From positions 104,548 through 168,547 of the forward strand of contig DF236973.1 of assembly GCA_000708835.1 (NCBI GenBank): a DNA stretch of 64,000 bases, read 5' to 3'. The position numbers were made by a program, and so were the translations under genes. Numbering within the stretch: position 1 is the first letter of the stretch; every line of letters begins with the position of its first letter. A model generated the notes under the pieces. It had not been told where the DNA came from and did not search any database. It saw only the letters and a list, made by a program, of their open reading frames with translations. Below are positions 59,901 to 64,000 of the stretch, one piece after another. The stretch is from Klebsormidium nitens. Lineage: Eukaryota > Plantae > Klebsormidiophyceae.

Positions 59901-62900
59901 CACACAATTAGAGACGAAAGTCGTCAGGAGTCGTGGTGAGAAAAGGCACTTCGATTGCGAGGCGTCCAGAAGGTCGTTTCCTTATCTGCTGCCCGTCCAA
60001 TTGTCATTAGTGCTGGCTCCTGCGTTGATTTAATGTTTTGGCAACCCCGATCTGGACATTTTAAGAAACGCTTCTGGGCCAGGTCGAAACATGAGCTTGC
60101 AGGATTGCGGACCCCTGAAGCAATGCGACCGTGGCTGTTCAGGTGTTCTACATGCTGTTACTTTCGTTCATCGGCGTGGAAGTTTTGGCTTCGGGCTGCA
60201 GCCGTCCTCCACCTGTATTAATGCTGAACCAGTATTCTCACGTTCCTGGCAAGAACGGCTCTTACTCGATACCAATACGAAACCTGCTTTGCCTGCGATT
60301 TTGATACTGAACTAACTAAAGCCTTGGTTGAGCGGTCGCACAAAGGAAGGTTACTCTTTCACCAACCACAAACCAACTTTACTAAATCGCCCTTTGTCCA
60401 CGTGCAGGAAGACTGGGCTGACGTGCGCGCCGAAATGGTGGACGACAAGGGACTGGCCCCCGAGGCCGCCGACAAGATCGAGCCGTTCGTGCGCCTCAAG
60501 GGTGAACCGTTGGCGCTCCTTCAAGAACTTCAGGGGCCCTCTAGCGGGTTTTCCGGGCACGCCGCGGCGCAGGAGGCGCTCGCAGACCTGGCGCTGCTGT
60601 TTGAGTATCTGGGAGCCATGGGGGCGCTGAAACGCATTAGCTTCGACCTCAGGTAGGGACCCGTTCCATTGCGATTCAATGATCTGCTGTCAAACCGCCG
60701 GTTCTCCTCTCGCGGTGTCGGTCTATGACAATGAGCACAGTCTTTGACGTTGGATCGTTTATGTAGCTGGTGCCGTGCCGCAACCAGCATATTTGTGAGC
60801 TTAATTGACGCATGAAATGTTGGCCCAGACTCTCGACATATACTCTTTGTACGCTGAATCATGGCCAGTGAGTCCAGCTTTCATGCCTGTATAATGAGTT
60901 TGAAATCTACATGTGCCAGCTTTTGCTCTGAATGTGCCAAATTGCAAGCATCTGGCAACACTAATATGCGGGAACGACACCTGTTCTTGAAGGGTTTTGC
61001 CTTCAGCTTATTGAAGACTCTCCTTTCTTTTTGAGAAGGCGAGAGTCTGTTTCTTTCATGACTAACGAACTACTAACTGTAAATACAAAAGTCTCGAACG
61101 AAGTGCATCCTTCAATTGCCCTCGCAGCCTCGCGTGCGGCTTCGAAGAGCACCTGGGGCAGACAACGGAATTGTGTAAACCGATCATCACGGAATTCCGA
61201 GGAACCTCAAAACAAGACTTCCATTCACTCCTTGCAGCCTGGCACGCGGTCTCGACTACTAAACAGGCGAACCATCAATCCGCAACTTCAGACGCTCACG
61301 AAAAGCCAAGGAACCTGCAAAATCTGACTTCAGTTATCCCCCTTTTCAGCATCGCACGCGGCCTCTCTAGGCAGCTTATAGAAGTGTACATTAAAGCTTC
61401 ACAAAAACCCATTTGAGTTTTACCTGATGTTTTTATACCTCCCGCAGCCTGGCGCGCGGTCTCGACTACTACCTACGGGCGAACCATCAATTTGCAACAT
61501 CAGACGCTCGAGAAAAGCCAAGGAACCTACAAAATCTGACTTCAGTTATCCCCCTTTTCAGCGTCGCACGCGGCCTCTCCAGGCAGCTTATAAAAGTGTA
61601 CATTAAAGCTTCACAAAAACCCATTTGAGTTTTACCTGATGTTTTTATTCCCCCCGCAGCCTGGCGCGCGGTCTCGACTGCTACCTACGGGCGAACCATC
61701 AATCTGCAACATCAGACGCTCAAGAAAAGCCAAGGAACCTACAGATTTGACTCCAATCATCCCCCTTTTCACCCTCGCATGCGGCCTCTCCAGGCAGGTT
61801 ATAAACACCTACATTAAACCTCCACAAAAACCCCATTGAGTCTCACAAAAAAAAAAAAAAAATCCCCTTGCAGCCTGGCACGCGGTCTCGACTACTACAC
61901 GGGCGTCATTTACGAGGCGGTGTTCAAGGGCGCGTCCCAGGTGGGGTCCATCGCGGCGGGGGGACGCTACGACGGCCTGGTGGGCATGTTCAGCGGAAAG
62001 AACGTGCCCGCGGTGGGGGTCAGCCTCGGGATTGAGCGCGTGTTTGCCATCATGGAGGAGCAGGCGCGCGCGGAGGCGGAGCGCGCCAAGACGACACTTC
62101 GCAAGACGCAGACGGAGGTGGGGAACGAAGATACATCTTTGAATTTCAGAGCTTTCGGATTGGGGAGTTGCGAATTTGTGACTTTGATTGAAACTAGACG
62201 CTGCGCAAGAGCAAACGGATGTGAGAGACGACGCGAGTCTCTCGGCTGAAGTTTGTCTAGATATAAGGTTGCAACCTGTGGGGGATGTGCCAAACGAAGA
62301 CGATGCTGCGCAAAACGCAGACGGAGGTAGGGAGCCAAGGAGAGTCCTTGGACAGATACTTGGTCAAGTCTTCGAGAAGACTCCTCAGCTTGACCCTTTG
62401 GCTCAATCCCTATGTCGTGTTTTGGTTCGCTTGGTTTTCTACGGGGCGCTGGAGAGACTTGGCCTTCTTTGATAAAAGACTGTGGAAAGAAGGCGAAGCT
62501 TCAGAAGTTTCTGAAATTCGGGATGCAGGTTGTCAGGGAGGTAGTCGCAGTCTACAACTCTAGAATAAAGATGCGGACGAAGATGGTGGGGGCCATTTTT
62601 GAGGACTGAACCCTGCCTTTTGCAGTGGCGCGAGGGACTTCTCTCCCAAGCAACCTTTCTAAGACACAGGCAAACCCCATACCTTTGGCGGCATGCCATG
62701 GATGCAGATGCCAATTTTTCTTTTTCATGTCCCTTTTCGTCACTGCTTACAAGTTGCGAAGCAAAGATGCGGAAAGAGATGGGGGCCGATCCGGACGATG
62801 AACTTTGTATTCCGCACTAGTGCGGAGCTGACTCATATTTCGATGTACCTTTTTGACACAGGTGCTGGTGGCCAGCATCGGCCCCAACTTGTTGATCAAG

Positions 62901-63564
62901 CGCATGGAGCTGTGTACGCGTCTGTGGGAGGCGGGCGTAAAGGCGGAGTTCCTGGCGCAGCCCAAGCCCAACATGGATAAGCAGCTGACGTACGCGCTGG
63001 AGGAGGGGATCCCCTTCATGGTGAGTGCTAGGGCGCGAGATTTACTTTGGGACGATTGCATGGAGCACACTTCGTTGGTTGCAAGGGAATGATTTTGACT
63101 CGTAAACAGGCGTCCAGATGTGCGGATCCAAGTAGATTGGGCTGCCATGAAAACTCTGGCGCATGCTTGTGTCATTGTTTGCACATTTAAGAGTTTCGGT
63201 GTTTGCGGCATTTGCCACAGATGTGAAAGTGGCAGTCTGTGAAGCGATGGTGCGCCTAATTCCCGACGATGGATCTAATATGTCTGGCTGACCGATTGGT
63301 GATCTTGTAGAAGCCTGCATGCAGCATGTTGTTGCGGTGTTAGAAGCTTCTCCGCAAGAGAGGTGTCTTGGTTCGTGCAAACTCTGGCAGTCAAGATGCC
63401 TGAGAAACACAGAACATTCTCGTTTGCAGGTCATTTTTGGAGAGACCGAGCTTGCACAGGGCATTGTGGCTATCAAGGACCTAAAGGCGGGAGTGCAAGA
63501 GAACGTGAAAGAGGGCGAACTCGTTGCGGAGCTCAGGAAAAGGTTGAGCACACAACAAGCATGA
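53999..63564 (+). CDS. HARS: Cytosolic histidyl-tRNA synthetase, plant type, with an N-terminal HAL/PAL-like domain
   Basis: Exons 53999-54226, 54695-55174, 55657-56961, 57603-57782, 59123-59386, 59789-59893, 60408-60652, 61874-62117, 62862-63020 and 63430-63564. Motifs [58 protein letters not shown] and GIERVF. Confidence 0.96.
58551..59026. mobile_element. Foldback/MITE-like element with long inverted arms and a TA target-site duplication, HisRS intron 4 (contains the assembly gap)
   Basis: The left end TTGCAGGTTCGGTCAAACCTGGCCGCCTGACCC..GATCGCAGAACTTGCC is the reverse complement of the right end ..GGGTCAGGCGGCCAGGTTTGGCCAAATGTGCAA. TA lies at 58549-50 and 59027-28. An inner arm, cttcatcgaacggcccaa, pairs with ttgggccgttcgatgaag. 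The true length is probably ~320 bp once the false duplication at the gap is removed. Confidence 0.85.
58788..58849. other. Assembly artefact: 454 adaptor-B remnant followed by a 38-N gap
   Basis: aggcaaggcacacagggggatagg matches the recalled 3' end of the reverse-complemented 454 B adaptor (..GGCAAGGCACACAGGGGATAGG) with one extra G. About 90 bp left of it (58696-58787) is repeated exactly to the right of the Ns (58850-58941). Confidence 0.85.
61115..61873 (+). repeat. Higher-order tandem array of ~7 copies of the HisRS exon-8 acceptor plus exon start
   Basis: Acceptor-equivalent positions are 61127, 61237, 61349, 61447, 61561, 61659 and ~61772; the real AG is at 61873. Monomers of ~98-114 bp alternate between two types, giving a ~212-bp dimer. 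Confidence 0.92.
62195..62335 (+). repeat. Downstream echoes of the HisRS exon-8 3' end plus donor
   Basis: gacgatgctgcgcaaaacgcagacggag|gtaggg (~62300-62330) and ctgcgcaagagcaaacggat|gtgag (~62200) versus the real gacgacacttcgcaagacgcagacggag|gtgggg (62117). Confidence 0.82.
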
Positions 63565-64000
63565 TGTTGCTGACTCTCCAACTATTCACGGTCACAAAGA
63601 AGCAGTTGCAATCTTCATATGTATGTTGGAAGCCAATGACGACTCGTATTCAGGAGATTGAGCAATGTGGGACGTCGACATATACGTTATAGGTTGGCCG
63701 ATCTAATCTATGCAATCAAATGCAGTATGAATGATCATTTGAACTCCGATGATTGGTGCGATCGAAGCTTGAAATTGCATGGGGCGCTGGCCCGCATCCT
63801 AATATGCATGCTATGTTATTAGTATATAGGCCGGCACACGCAACTCGTCCTTGTATGTAAGATCCGACCAGGTCATGTAACTTCTGAATTCCGCAGGTTG
63901 AGTCAGTGCGTGGTATATCATGTGCTGCTGAATATACTTCGGTTGGTCGCGCACGTTCCTTGGAGCAAAGCTGGCGCGGCAACAATTGTCTTGCAATCGT

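Overview
Eukaryotic nuclear DNA: intron-rich, with GT-AG introns and GC3-rich exons. The gene content is green-plant type and the style suggests a streptophyte alga such as Klebsormidium (inference only). I could splice nine gene models by hand: the last exon of a DUF900-type alpha/beta hydrolase (+), an intact LanC-like (GCR2/LANCL) gene (-), an unknown multi-exon gene (+), a second LanC-like copy with a 1-nt frameshift (-), VPS8 (+), a stand-alone Trbp111/CsaA-type tRNA-binding protein with a transit-peptide-like N-terminus (-), a GRXS15-type monothiol glutaredoxin (-), an ACBP4/5-type acyl-CoA-binding kelch protein (+) and cytosolic histidyl-tRNA synthetase with a HAL/PAL-like N-terminal domain (+). 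A tenth, a second DUF900-type hydrolase (-), also splices but has an apparent 1-nt frameshift. Also present are two hairpin MITE-like insertions, a ~120-bp dispersed element found in two divergent promoters, and one assembly gap with 454 adaptor carry-over. The most striking pattern is that many introns are partly built from tandem, decaying copies of the neighbouring splice site plus exon end ('splice-junction echoes'). This occurs in at least 4 unrelated gene families, with up to 7 extra copies per intron. All alignments and family assignments are by eye; no database searches were run.
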